Positions 48,310 through 61,164 of a stretch of 64,000 nt of DNA are shown here, one piece after another. This DNA comes from Squalus acanthias (lineage: Eukaryota). The DNA lies in NCBI GenBank assembly GCA_030390025.1, contig CM059432.1:105898001-105962000 (forward strand). Direction: 5' to 3'. The number at the start of each line of letters is the position of its first letter. Position 1 is the first letter of the stretch. The position numbers and the translations under genes are program-made. Under the pieces are notes generated by a model, which was given only the letters and a program-made list of their open reading frames with translations, was not told where the DNA came from and made no database searches.

Positions 48310-50246
48310 CTACTGTTTGCCCTTCGAGGGTGATCTCCATCCCCTGCGCACTTACCCCCTTCCCACCCTACTGCTCCTCCGTAATGGGACCCCAGTGGCT
48401 GCAGCAAGGCTGGTGGAAGGCTACTGAATGTCAGATGCAGAGACTACAGATGCCCTGGAAGGATGCCCTCGACCAGCTCTGGGCCTGGAGGGCCCAGCTG
48501 CAGACTGCACCAACTCTGCATGGGCGGCAGCAGTCTGGGCTGGCAGTGTTGCAGGCGGTGGCAAGTGCAATGGGGAAGTGCCAGTGGTGGGAGCAGGAAT
48601 GCTGTCATCCTGAGAGAGGACAGCACCTTCCTGCTCGACCGACACACTGGCACTCCCACGGGGCAGTACCTCATCATCCGGAGCAATCTGCTCGAGCACA
48701 GATTGCTGGCCTGCTGCGGCATCGTGAGAGCCCCGGGGCAATGTGGCCGACCCAGCGACGATGGTAGCAGTCAGTGCTTGCGTGGCCTCAATCTGAGACT
48801 GCATGAGAGCAGTCTGAGATTGGATGGCAGCAGCCAGTGACTGAATTGCAGCACTAAGCCGTTGCGTTGCATCGGCCTGTGCTGCAGCGGAGTGCTCCAC
48901 ACTCCTTGCCAGTCCATCAATGCTTTCGGGCACCTTTGCCATTGCACCCATGAGCTCAGTGTGCATGCTCAAGGCCTGGCTATTCATTTCCGTGATGACG
49001 CGCTCCTCCTCCGAGTCCAGTGCAGCAGGACTCGTTTGCCTACTCGCCCTCCGGGGAGATGGCCCCCGAGCTTCCCTACCCCATGGCGTTGCTGCAGCCC
49101 ACTGGGTCCCGGAGCTTCGTCCTCATCAGACCCTACCCCCCTGCTCCCCTCCAGGGAAGACGTGGTCCCAGTGTGGGCATGGGCTCCCTCGGGGGACGGA
49201 GGCGGTGAGGCTCCGGCTTCCTCTTCCTCCTCGCCTGGGGTGTCGCTCCCACTGGTTGGTTGAGGGACAGGCTGGTTAGCTGGTGGTTCACTATCTGAAA
49301 GCAGGGAGGTACAAGAGTGGCTTTAGCGTCAGGACAGGGGGGCAGTAAGGGAGCAAGGACTGGAGACATTTAGTAAGTTGGATTGAAAGTGTAAAAGGCT
49401 GGTGTTGTGAGGGGCAAGTGGAATGAGAGAGGAGAGAAAGCTGATGAACTTACCATTGCTGTCCCCAAGGGGGTCGACCTCTCCAGCGGCCACGACACCT
49501 ATCACCTGGCTGACAACGATCCTGTGCACGCACGCCTCCAAATCACTGAGGGTGTGTAGCTCAGCCGGTCCTCTTCCCGTGCGTTGCTGCTGGCGCCTGT
49601 TGTGAGATAGCTTGGCCTGCAAGAAAAAGGACGGCGTCTGAGTGAATGTGCAGCCATGGTCTTGCCTGATGTGCCTCCCATAGTTGAATAGCCCTTAATG
49701 TATGCAGCCATGGTCTTGCCTGATGTGCCTCCCATAATTGAATAGCCCTTAATGTATGCAGCCATGGTCTTGCCTGATGTGCCTCCCATAATTGAATAGC
49801 CCTTAATATATACAGCCATGGTCTTGCCTGATGTGCCTCCCACAGTTGAATAGCCCTTAATGTATGCAAGGTGTGGAATGTGCGTGTGTGTTTTATGAGA
49901 TGGCCATAGGTCTTGGATGAGTGTTGGGCATTTGGGGTTTTTAAACCCTCTGGGCACAGAGTGAAGTTGAGATGGAGGGATGTAGAGGTATTGAAAAGCA
50001 GCCACTCACCCTGACCACCCAAGTGAGGTCGTTGAACTGCTTCCGACATTGGTTGTGGGTCCTGGGCACCATGCTCCTGGAGGAGACGTGCTGAGCCACC
50101 TCCCTCCAGACTCTTCTGTATTCGCATGGCAATGGCCTCCTGCCACTCTGTGGGTAGAGCACTGCCCTTCGCCGCTCCACAGCGCCAACCAGAGCCACCA
50201 AGGCCCGGTCGCTGTAGTGCTGAGCTCTTTCCCTGGGCCTCTCCAT
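48310..50246 (-). pseudogene. Myb/SANT gene of copy F (exons 50246-50010, 49616-49454, 49294-~48310)
   Basis: Exon 1 and 2 lengths (237 and 163 nt) equal those of H1 and are open; exon 3 has a 1-bp deletion near 49080 and a stop at 48421. Confidence 0.85.
49651..49866. repeat. 54-bp tandem repeat (4 copies) in Myb intron 1 of copy F
   Basis: Units start at 49651, 49705, 49759 and 49813. Confidence 0.92.
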
Positions 50247-50981
50247 TGGTGGTTCCAGCAGAATTGATGTACAGGTCTCTCCAGGCCAAGATTCAAGGCT
50301 GCAATGAGCAGGGTGTGGCTGGACAGCAAGATCGACCCTCCCCTTTAAGAACTGGCCGACGCCAGTGTGTCTGTGTTCCATTGCTAACTGACATCACCTG
50401 AGCTTCGCCAGCGCTCTGAGGTAGCGCCTCGCTCCTCGGCGTTAGTGCCTTAAGACAGGTGTGTAGCGCCTGATTTAGCGCTCAAATCACCTCCAGGGAG
50501 ATAGAGGCCAAGTTTGCAGTCGGAGGCGATAATTAGCGCCAGGCGCTAAACTTTGCGCCCAGCTGATAACTGCGCCCCAAACTGGGCGATACCCAATTTC
50601 TCCCCCTTTTTGTTCCACCACCAGAGGAAATCGTTTCTCTGTATCTACCCTATTGAATCCCTTTATCATTTTAAGACCTCCATCAGATCACCCCTCAACC
50701 TTCTCAGTTCAAGTGAATACAAACCAATGTTTTGCACCCTGTCCTCGTAATTTAACTCTTTAAGTCCTGGTATCATTCTGGTGAATCTGCACTGCACCCC
50801 CTCCAAGGCCACTATATCCTTCCTGAAGTTCGGTGCCCAAAACTGAACCCAGTACTCCAGATGGGATCTGACCAAGGCGCTGTACAACTGAAGCATCACT
50901 TCCTCACTTTTGTATTCCAAACCCCTTGAGATAAAGGCCAACATTCAATTAGCCTTTTTGATTACTTTAGGACCTGTGCAC

Positions 50982-51965
50982 CACCGTTCCCTTTAGACAT
51001 AGACATAAGACATAAGACGTAGGAGCAGGAGTAGGCCATTTGGCCCCTCGAACCTGCTCCGCCATTCAATAAGATCATGGCTAATCTGATCTTGGCCTCA
51101 ACTCCACTTCCCTGCCTGCTCCCCTTAACCCTTGACTCCCTTACCATTCAAAAATCTGTCTATCTCCACCTTAAATATATTCAATGACCCAGCCTCCACA
51201 GCTCTCTGGGGAAGAGAATTCCAAAGGTTCACGACCCTCTGAGAGAAGAAATTCCTCCTCATTTCCGTTTTAAAAGGCTGCCCCCTTATTCTGAAATTAT
51301 GCCTCCTAGTTCTAGATTCCCCCACCAGGGGAAACATCCTCTCAGCATCTACCCAGTCAAGCCCCTTCAGAATCTTATGTTTCAATAAGATCCCCTCTCC
51401 TAAACTCCAATGAGTACAGGGCCAACCTTTCTTCATAAGTCTCACCAATGCCCTGTACAGTTGTAACAGGACTTCCCTACTTTTATACTCCATTCCCTTT
51501 GCAATAAAGGCCAACATTCCATTTGCCTTCCTAATTACTTGCTGTACCTGCATGCTAACGTTTTGTGATTCATGTACAAGGACCCCCAGATCCCTCTGTA
51601 CTGCAGCATTTTGTAATCTCTCCCCATTTAAATAATAATTTGCTTTTTTATTTTTCCTACCATAGTGGATAACCTCGTATTTTCCCACATTATACTCCAT
51701 CTGCCAGATTTTTGCCCATTCACTTAGCCTATCTATATCCCTTTGGAGATTCTTTGCGTCCTCCACACAATTTGCTTTTCCACCTATCTTTGTATCATCA
51801 GCAAATTTGGCTACATTACACTTGGTCCCTTCATCCAAGTCACATGGTCGTGTGTCTGTTTCAAGGTCCCACACAGCCGGTGAGCCGGCTTCACAATGCA
51901 AAAAAACGTGTAGCGCGGACGTTTAAAGGGGCCGTGCGCCCCAAAAATAATTAGGAGGAACATTG
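50982..51965. mobile_element. hAT MITE (same family as 407-569) containing a CR1 insertion
   Basis: Perfect 8-bp TSD CTGTGCAC (50974-50981 and 51966-51973); ends CACCGTTCCCT / AGGAACATTG. Confidence 0.8.
50997..51840 (-). mobile_element. 5'-truncated CR1 with an internal deletion
   Basis: ORF 51125-51901 with FADDTK; (ACATAAG)n tail; deletion near 51438. Confidence 0.9.
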
Positions 51966-52214
51966 CTGTGCACCAGCTTTTAGTGATTTGTGTGCCTGGA
52001 CACCTAAACCCCTTTGCTCGTCCACTACTCCTAGTTTCACCATAAAGAAAATATTTCAATTTTGTCTTTCCCAGATCCAAAGTGGATGATTCCACACTTC
52101 CTCTCATTGAACTCCATCTGCCATAGTTTTGCCCACTCTCTTTGTTTGTCTATGTCCCTTTATAACTTCCTGCTCACATCTACACAACTCACTGTGCCTC
52201 CGAACACAAAGTAT

Positions 52215-52500
52215 GTGAAAGGGGCAATTTAAGAAGGTGATGGTGGGCCTTCTTCTTGAACAACTGCAGTCTTTCTGGTGATGGTGTCCTAATGATAGTG
52301 TTAGGTAGTCAATTCCAGGATTTTGACCTAGGGACAATAAGAGAACGGCGATATATTTTCAAGTCAGGATTGTGTGTGACTTGGAGAGGAACTTGGACAT
52401 GATGGCATTCTCATGTGATTGCTGCTGTTGCTGTTGAAGCAAGTTTGGTTAGTTGCTGTAGTGCATCCTGTGATAGTACATAGTGCAACCACAGTGCACT
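52215..52500 (-). mobile_element. Decayed 3' fragment of the LINE family seen at 53095-56150
   Basis: Similar to the reverse complement of 55770-56080. Confidence 0.7.
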
Positions 52501-53094
52501 GGGCTGCTTACACGTGATTTTCTGTCCGCTCTGGCAAACTCCCAATACCAGGCCCACTATGTAAGTGAGCACACTAATTTTGAACTAAATTCTGAAAATG
52601 GGACCACTCTTTTTTTTCTTCCCACAAATTGGCAAAATTGAAACTGAACTTGAAGTTATGCTGTGCAAAGATTGGCATATGAATGCTTAACACATGAATT
52701 TCTTAATCTGCTTTTGTAACGGAGCCATTAACCTTCTTGATTTAAACAGGGTAATACCTCTGTTAAAATATCAGACCAAGGAATTTATACAAAATGCAGT
52801 AAGCATTGATATGCTGATCTTCACAGAGCCACATTTCACGGCCACTAAATCAGCAATCGCAAACAAAGGGCCTACACATATGGCTGTTATAGGAAATGGA
52901 AACGTTCACCCATTGCCACAGTGGGGAGTGTGCGAAAGGTGACGATAAGGCACATTTTGGGATAGAGTGAACAGAACTTTGCTCCGCATCTGGCTATGCT
53001 GCACTTGCCCTAAGACTGCTTGATACTGATACTGGGTTCCCAATATGGAAACGTTTTCCATTCCCCAGCATTGATATGTGATATGGCCTATATG

Positions 53095-56000
53095 TGACTC
53101 CAGACCCACAGCAATGTGGTTGACTCTTAACTGCCCTCTGAAATGGCCTAGCAAGCCACTCAGTTGTAACAAACCGCTATGAAACACAATAACAAAAATG
53201 AAACTGGACAGACCACCCGGCATCGAACTCGGCACCGGCTATGGACACGGCAACGGCACACCCAGCCCAGTCGACCCTGTAAAGTCCTCCTCACCAACAT
53301 CTGGGGACTTGTGCCAAAATTGGGAGAGCTGTCCCACAGACTAGTCAAGCAACAGCTTGACATAGTCATACTCACAGAATCATACATTTCAGCCAATGTC
53401 CCAGACTCCTCCATCACCATCCCTGGGTATGTCCTGTCCCACCGGCAGGACAGACCCACCAGGGGTGGCGGCACAGTGGTATACAGTCGGGAAGGAGTGG
53501 CCCTGGGAGTCATCAACATTGACTCCGGACCCCATGAAGTCTCATGGCTTCAGGTCAAGCATGGGCAAGGAAACCTCCTGCTGATTACCACCTACCGCCC
53601 ACCCTCAGCTGATGAATCAGTACTCCGCCATGTTGAACACCACTTGGAAGAAGCACTGAGAGTAGCAAGGGCACAGAATGTACTCTGGGTGGGGAACTAC
53701 GATGACCATCACCAAGAGTGGCTCGGTAGCACTACTACTGACCGAGCTGGCCGAGTCCTGAAGGACGTAACTGCCAGTCTGGGCCTGCGACAGGTGATGA
53801 GAAAACCAACACGAGGGAAAAACCTACTTGACCTCGTCCTCACCAATCTACCTGATGCAGATGCATCTGTCCATGACAGCATTGGTAGCAGTGACCACCG
53901 CACAGTCATTGTGGAGACAAAGTCCCATCTTCACACTGAGGACACCCTCCATCGTGTTGTGTGGCACTACCACTGTTTTAAATGGGATAGATTCAGGACA
54001 GATCTAGCAGCTCAAAACTGGACATCCATGAGGCGCTGTGGGCCATCAGCAGCAGCAGAATTGTATTCGACCACAATCTGTAATCTCATGGCCTGGCATA
54101 TCCCTCACTCTACCATTACCATCAAGCCAGAGGACCAACCCTGGTTCAATAAGGAGTGTAGAAGAGCATGCCAGGAGCAGCACCAGGCGTACCTAAAAAT
54201 GAGGTGCCAACCTGGGGAAGCTGCAACACAGGACTACATGCATGCTAAAAACCAGAAGCAGCATACTATAGACAGGGCTAAGCGATCCCACCATCAACGG
54301 ATCAGATCAAAGCTCTGCAGTCCTGCCACATCCAGTCATGAATGGTGGTGGACCATTAAACAACTAACGGGAGGAGGAGGCTCCATGAACATCCCCATCC
54401 TCAATGATGTTGGAGCTCAGCACGTGAGTGCAAAAGACAAGGCTGAAGCGTTTTGCAACCATCTTCAGCCAGAAGTGCCGAGTGGATGATCCATATCGGC
54501 CTGCTCCTGAGGTCCCCACCATCACAGAAGCCAGTCTTCAGCCAATTCGATTCACTCCATGTGATATCAAGAAACGGCTGAGCGCACTGGATACAGCGAA
54601 GGCTATGGACCCCGACAATATCCTGGCTGTCGTGCTGAAGACTTCTGCTCCAGAACTAGCCGTGCCTCTAGCAAAGCTGTTCCAATATAGCTACAACACT
54701 GGCATCTATCCGACAATGTGGAAAACTGCCCAGGTATGTCCTGTCCACAAAAAGCAGGACAAATCCAACCTGGCCAATTACCACCCCATCAGTCTACTCT
54801 CAATCATCAGCAAAGTGATGGAAGGTGTCATCGACAGTGCTATCAAGCGGCACTTACTCACCAATAACCTGCTCACTGATGCTCAGTTTGGGTTCCGCCA
54901 AGACCACTTGGCTCCCGACCTCAATACAGCCTTGGTCAAGGGAGCTGAATTCCAGAGGTGAGGTGAGAGTGACTGCCCTTGTCATCAAGGCAGCATTTGA
55001 CTGAATGTGGTATCAAGGAGCCCTAGTAAAACTGAAGTCAATGGGAATCGGGGAGAAAACGCTCCTCTGGCTGGAGTCATAAGTAGCACAAAGGAAGATG
55101 GTTGTGGTGGTTGAAGGTCAATCATCACAGCCTCAGGACATCGCTGCAGGAGTTCCTCAGGGCAGTGTCCTAGGCCCAACCATCTTCAGTTGCTTCATCA
55201 ATGACCTTCCCTCCAACATAAGATCAGAAATAGGGATGTTCGCTGATGACTGCACAGTGTTCAGCGCCATTCACAACTCCTCAGATAATGAAGCAGTCCA
55301 TGCCCGCATGCAACAAGACCTGGACGACATTCAGGCTTGGGCTGATAAGTGGCAGGTATCATTCGTGCCACAGAAGTGCCAGGCAATGACTATCTCCAAC
55401 AAGCGAGATTCTAACCACCTCCCCTTGACATTCAACGGTATTACCATCGCCGAATCCTCCACCATCAACATCCTGGGGGTCACCATTGACCAGAAACTTA
55501 ACTGGACCAGCCACATAAATACTGTGGCAACAAGAGCAGGTCAGAGGCTAGGTATTCTGCGGCGAGTGTCTCACCTCCTGACTCCCCAAAGCCTTTCCAC
55601 CATCTACAAGTCACAAGTAAGGAGTGTGATGGAATACTCTCCACTTGCCTGGATGAGTGCAGCTCCAACAACACTCAACAAGCTCGACACCATCCAAGAC
55701 AAAGCAGCCCGCTTGATTGGCACCCCATCCACCCACCACCTTAAACATACACTCCCTCCACCACCAGCGTACCGTGGCTGCAGTGTGTACCATCTACAAG
55801 ATGCACTGCAGCAACTCGCCAAGGCTTCTTCGGCAGCACCTCCCAATCCCGTGACCTCTTCCACCTAGAAGGACAAGGGCAGCAGGTGCATGGGAACGCC
55901 ACCACTTCCAAGTTCCCCTCCAAGTCACACACCATCCTGACTTAGAAGTATATCGCCGATCTTCATTGTTGCTGGGTCAAAATCCTGGAACTCCCTCCCT

Positions 56001-56150
56001 AACAGCACTGTGGGAGTACCTTCACCACACGGACTGCAGCGGTTCAAGAAGGCAGCTCACCACCACCTTCTCAAGGGCAACTAGAGATGGGCAATAAATG
56101 CTGGCCTTGCCAGCGATGCCCACATCCCATAGACTAATAAAAAAAAAATA
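53095..56150 (+). mobile_element. CR1/L2-group LINE of a second family, EN-RT ORF with frameshifts and an A-rich tail
   Basis: ORFs 53179-54489 (NIWGL, ILTESY, RGGG, YRPP, SDH), 54428-54961 (YHPISLL, QFGFR) and 55098-55868 (PQGSVLGP, FADD); ends in an A-run at ~56140. Confidence 0.9.
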
Positions 56151-56714
56151 TACAAAATTTCTTAGTAGCAAATTGGCACCTATAGCAAGATTTGTAAATC
56201 CATACTGCATATAAATGCTCTGTTTTGAAAGAACCTTTCATTCCTTTATGTGTCATCAGTAGAAAATTTGAGTCCTGATTTATAAACAAGATTAATCAAA
56301 GAAGAATCTTTAAAGACCATACAGCTGGTGCATTAACTGATCTAGTGCATTGCGTAGGTAAACTTTATACTAACCCCTCAACAAGAGCACTTAATCACCC
56401 AAAGGAACAAAACATTAAGCTGTTGCAGTATGAAAGGAATGCAACCTTTAACTTATCTTCCTCATTAATCATCGCTGCACAAAATAATCATATTGATGAA
56501 TGGTTAGCTGTTCCAATAATTCAACCGAAATCACATCATGGCCAATTCAAAGGTATGGATTGAAACTCCATGGAAATGTGCCCTTTCTCAATACATGACT
56601 ATAATGATTTCTTTCTAGAAATGTCATAAGAAACACTTCATGAAAAGCATACATCACAAACTCAAACCACCAGCAGTTGTGAAGGCTATGTTGTTAGTGT
56701 CATTTGTTGTCGAA

Positions 56715-58015
56715 AGTGGAAAACCATAATATGATTAGGCAGAGTCAACGTGGTTCTATGAAATGGAAGTCGTGTTTGACAAATCTATTAGAGTTTTTTG
56801 AGGGTGTAACTGACAGGATAAATAAGGGGGAAGCAGTGGATGTAGTATATTTGGATTTTCAGAAGAGATTCGATAAGGTGCTACACAAGAGGTTGTTACA
56901 CAAGATTAGTGCTCATGCGATTGGGGGTAATATATTAGCATGGATTGAAAATTGGTTAATGGACAAAAAACAGAGAGTAGGAATAAATAGGTAATTTACA
57001 GGATGGCAGGTTGTAACTCGTGGGGATTATTGCTTGGGCCTCCGCTATTTACACTCTATATCAATGACTAGAGGACCGAGTGTAATATATCCAACTTTGC
57101 TGATGATACAAAGTTAGGTGGGAAAGTAAACTGTGAAGAGGATGCAAAGAGGCTGCAAAGGGATATAGACAGGTTAAGTGATGGGTAAGAAGGTGGCAGA
57201 TGGAATATAATGTGGGGAAATGTGAAATTATCTACTTTGGTAGGAAAAATAGAGAAACAGAATATTTTTTAAATGATAAGAGACCAGTAGACCAGTAAAT
57301 GTTAGTATTCAGAGGGATTTGGGTGTTCTTGTACACGAATCACAGAAAGTTACAGCAGGTACAGCAAGCAATTAGGAAAGCAAATGGCATGTTAGCCTTT
57401 ATTGCAAGGGTTTGGAGTATAAGAGTAAGAAATTCTTGCTGGAATTATATAGGGCTTTGGTGAGACCACACCTGGAGTACTGTATACAGTTTTGGTCTCC
57501 TTAGCTAAGGAAGGATATACTTGCCTTAAAGGGGGTGCAGCAAAGGTTCACTAGATTGATTCCTGGGATGAGAGGGCTGTCCTATGAGCAGAGACTGAGT
57601 AGAATGGGCCTATATTCTTTGGAGTTTAGAAGAATGAGAGGTGATCTCATTCAAATGTATAAAATTCTTAGAGGGCTTGACAGGGTAGATGCTGAGAGAT
57701 TGTTTCCCCTGGCTAGAGAGTCGAGAACTAGGGGGCATAGTCTCAGGATAAGGAGTCAGCCATTTAAGACTGAGATGAGGAGAAATTTCTTCACTCAGAG
57801 GGTTGTGAATCTTTGGAATTCTCTACCCCAGAGGGCTGTGGATGCTCAGTCGTTGAGTATATTCAAGACTGAGATCGATAGATTTTTGGACACTTAAGGG
57901 ATGTGGGGATAGGGCAGGAAAGTGGAATTGATGTAGAGGATCAGCCATGATCTTATTGAATGGCGGAGCAGGCTCGAGGGGCCGTTTGGCCTACTCCTGC
58001 TCCTATTACTTACGT
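56715..58015 (+). mobile_element. Decayed 5'-truncated CR1
   Basis: ORFs 56704-56994 and 57535-57897; hairpin tail. Confidence 0.9.
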
Positions 58016-58433
58016 GACAGCAACTTTAGAATTCTCCTTTCATTCATTTTTCACTGCACACTATGTCTTGCGGCCTAAATTTATTCTGCACCACTGCAAT
58101 AGCGATGTCATCGTCCTTCAACCCAGCTTGCAGTATAATCACCGCCAAATAGCATTCTTGTAATGAACTATATTACAGAGCTGTTTACCAGACTAGGTTT
58201 AGTTGCTCCAGTACTGCAAAATCTGTTTTCTCCTTTACAAAATGTACTAGGGCAGGAAGTTACTTAATTAGTCAGAGAGTCATAACGTCACAGAAGGAGG
58301 CCATTCGGCCCATCGAGTCCGTGCTGGCTCTCTGTAGGGCAATCCAGTCAGTCCCATTCCCCTGCTCTATCCCCATAACCCTGCAAGTTTATTTCCCTCA
58401 AGTGCCTATCCAGTCTCCCCTTGAAAACATTGA

Positions 58434-59277
58434 GGGCTGGATTTTGATACTGGGGACGTGATGGAGTCGGGACTCCCACTTTTTGGGTTGTAGACCCGCC
58501 TCCATCGACTTGTGGCCAACCCACTGTATTTTCACTTGATTGACCTTGTTGAGCCCGCCCCGCGAGCTCAGCAGGCCAATTAAGGGCCACCCGGCAACAG
58601 GTGACGTCACAGATTGACATTTCATCTGTCAAGAGCTTTTGACAGATGAAATATCAGCGTTTGACAGCTCTGTGAAGCTGTCAAACACTGACAATTTGTC
58701 TTCTAACTTGAGTCCTTCCTCTCAGGCTGAGTTAGAAATCATTCCAGCACAGAAAACAGAGGCTGAAACTTTTGACAGCACCACGGCCTTTCTGCTTTCT
58801 GTGCCAGTGAGATTTCTGACTCCCGAGAACTGAAGGGCTGACACCTGCAGGAGGAAGTTAAGGTAAGTTAAACTTTTTCCCACACTTTACACTTACGTTA
58901 CACACTTACCTCTGCACACATGCACCCATCTCTCACCTGCCCACCGGACATATCTACCCCTCCAACCCCTGCAGACCCACGGTCCGCCTTGCTAACTTGG
59001 CGTGGTTGGGACCTGTCGGGAAGCCCACATTTCAGCTTTCAAAATAGGGATTAGGCAAAAAACTGCCTGTTAACTACCTGTTAACAGGCAGTTAATTGTC
59101 ACTAATCCCCTTCCCGCCTCGGGGAGGCGGGTCCCAGCACAGGTCGGGTACCCACCTCCAGCGAAACTGGCATGGAGGCGGGTTGGGGTCGGGATGGGGT
59201 CGGGACCCCCAAATCTGCAACTTTAACCCCCCACACGCCTCCAAACCCGCCTCCACGGGTCAATGAAAATCCAGCCC
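58434..59277. mobile_element. Non-autonomous Harbinger-type element (844 bp)
   Basis: Perfect TIRs GGGCTGGATTTT / AAAATCCAGCCC; TSD TGA. Confidence 0.9.
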
Positions 59278-59721
59278 TGAGTGTCTCCGCTTCCACCACT
59301 TCCATCGGCAGCGAGTTCCAGTTCCCCACCAGTCACTGCATAAAAAAGTTTTTCCTCACGTCCCCCTGTATCTTTTGCCCAAAACCTTAAATCTGTGTCA
59401 CCTAGTCCTTGTACCATCAACTAGTGGGAACAGCCTTTCCCCATCTAGCCTATCCAAACCCGTCATAATCTTGTACACCTCTATCAAATCACCCCTCAAC
59501 CTCCTTTGCTCTAATGAAAACAAGCCCAGCTTCTCCAACCTGTCCTTGTAGCTAAGATCCCCCATCCCCGGAACCATTCTGGTAAATCTCCTCTGCACCC
59601 TCTCAAGGGCCTTCACATCCTTCCTCAAGTGTGGTGACCAGAACTGGACGCAGTACTCCAGTTGTGGCCTAACCAGCGCATTATAAAGGTTCAGCATAAC
59701 TTCTCTGCTTTTGTAGTCAAT

Positions 59722-60604
59722 GGCCACGATTTTGTAAGCGGTGTCGGAATGAGTGCGTGTCAGCTGGTTCCTGGCTTCCTGTCCCGCCCCCAGCTGCCCC
59801 CGCACCACAGACGTGATTTTCCCTTGATTGACCTTGTTAAGCCCGCCCTGCGGGCTTGCCGGCCAATTAACAGGAAGCGGGTCTGATGATGTCATTTGAT
59901 GACGCGTCATCTGCCGGTTTCCTTAAAGGAACCACGCACAATTTTATTTTGACAGTTGACTTCTCAGTGTTTGACAGCATTGAGGTGCTGTAAACACTGA
60001 CAATCACTGCACAAAGGTGAACTCTTACACCCAGGCTCTCCAATGACTCCCTCCATATGCTGGAATAGATGGTAGCTGCAGGTGAGGTGACAGAAGCGAT
60101 CTGTCACTGGTGAGAGAGTTTCTCCCAGTGAGGTGGCACTGGACATATAGTTGGATTTAAAAACTGGTAAGCTAAAGAAATCTGTAAATGTTTAAAAAAT
60201 GCAGTAACCAACATTTTCTTTGCTCTGAAACTCACCATTCGCAACATTGGATCCTTCACACCACTTCTGCAGCTGTCATCATTCCACAAACATTACACCA
60301 GACTCACAACACGCCACACTTACCTGGCGTGGTGTCCGGACGTCGGGAAACCCAACCCAGAAGCGGGAAAATCCAAAAACAGGCTGAAAACTACTGACAA
60401 GTACCTGTTAATAGGCAGGTAATTGCCTTTAATCCGCTTCCCGCCGCTAGATGTCGGGCCCATTCGCAAATCGGGGACCTGATACTTGGGAAAGCTGTTT
60501 GGAGGCAGGTTGATGGCGGGATCGGAACCCGCCGTCAATCAAATCGAATTTAACCTCTGACCCACCTCCAAACCCGCCCTCTGAGCGCCAGCAAAATCGC
60601 AGCC
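59722..60604. mobile_element. Shorter deletion derivative of Harbinger family E (883 bp)
   Basis: TIRs GGCCACGATTTTG / CAAAATCGCAGCC; TSD AAT; homologous to 29028-29370 and 30280-30818. Confidence 0.88.
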
Positions 60605-61164
60605 AATACCTTTATTTATGAAACCCAAGAACCCATATGCTTTGCTAATTAGCTACTGTTCCCAGGCCTCTCTACTGACTGAAAGTAACCATGTCTGTCA
60701 ATGATATCAGTAAAGTGACATGGAACAACTTGAATATGATAGAACAGAAGCAGAACGTTAGCTATTTGCAAGAGCACCAATATCATTTGTCCCTCACAAA
60801 TCCAATAATCTCATTTGGCAAAAATCAGTATGTAACTAGACTAATGCTCATTTTCATCTTCTCGGGCAGTTAACAAGCTGTTTGAGCATCAGTACTTCTC
60901 AACAAGCTGTAGATACAGCTGCGCAATGAGGAAGTCAGAATACACGGGCAATGGCTACTTACAACATTCAAAATCTCTGGGTTTCAGACTAAAATTTCAT
61001 TGTCCTTTTTGACGGCATAGGTCACAAACATGATGATGCTTTTGAAACCAGAGGGCAGCCCACTAGCCAAGTTTGGGTCCAAAAATACTGGATGTGAATT
61101 ACTGAGCGTATCAACACTGTCTCAGAAATTCAAAGTGCGCAGACACGAGAGGAAGAAATACAAT

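Larger units (their letters stand above)
46373..50606. mobile_element. Full-length but inactivated Harbinger (copy F), sister of H1
   Basis: TIRs GGGGGAAAAATT / AATTTCTCCCCC; same two-gene layout as H1; TSD ambiguous. Confidence 0.93.
46086..52190 (-). mobile_element. Old CR1 3' portion in three pieces (46086-46372, 50607-50981, 51974-52190)
   Basis: The pieces rejoin collinearly across Harbinger F and the hAT MITE; ORF 50666-50944 is RT C-terminus. Confidence 0.8.
58270..60650 (-). mobile_element. CR1 3' fragment split by two Harbinger-type MITEs
   Basis: RT C-terminus at 59398-59720; the pieces rejoin across both insertions. Confidence 0.85.

Noticed and set aside
49651..49866. CRISPR-like array
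   Set aside because: Head-to-tail units with no unique spacers, in a eukaryotic context.
52751..52800. Possible micro-exon between AAACAG and GTAAGC
   Set aside because: Weak acceptor and an unrecognised peptide; chance occurrence is likely.
17616..60607. Strand bias of AAT over ATT target duplications (5 to 0)
   Set aside because: Sample too small, and two of the elements share one site.
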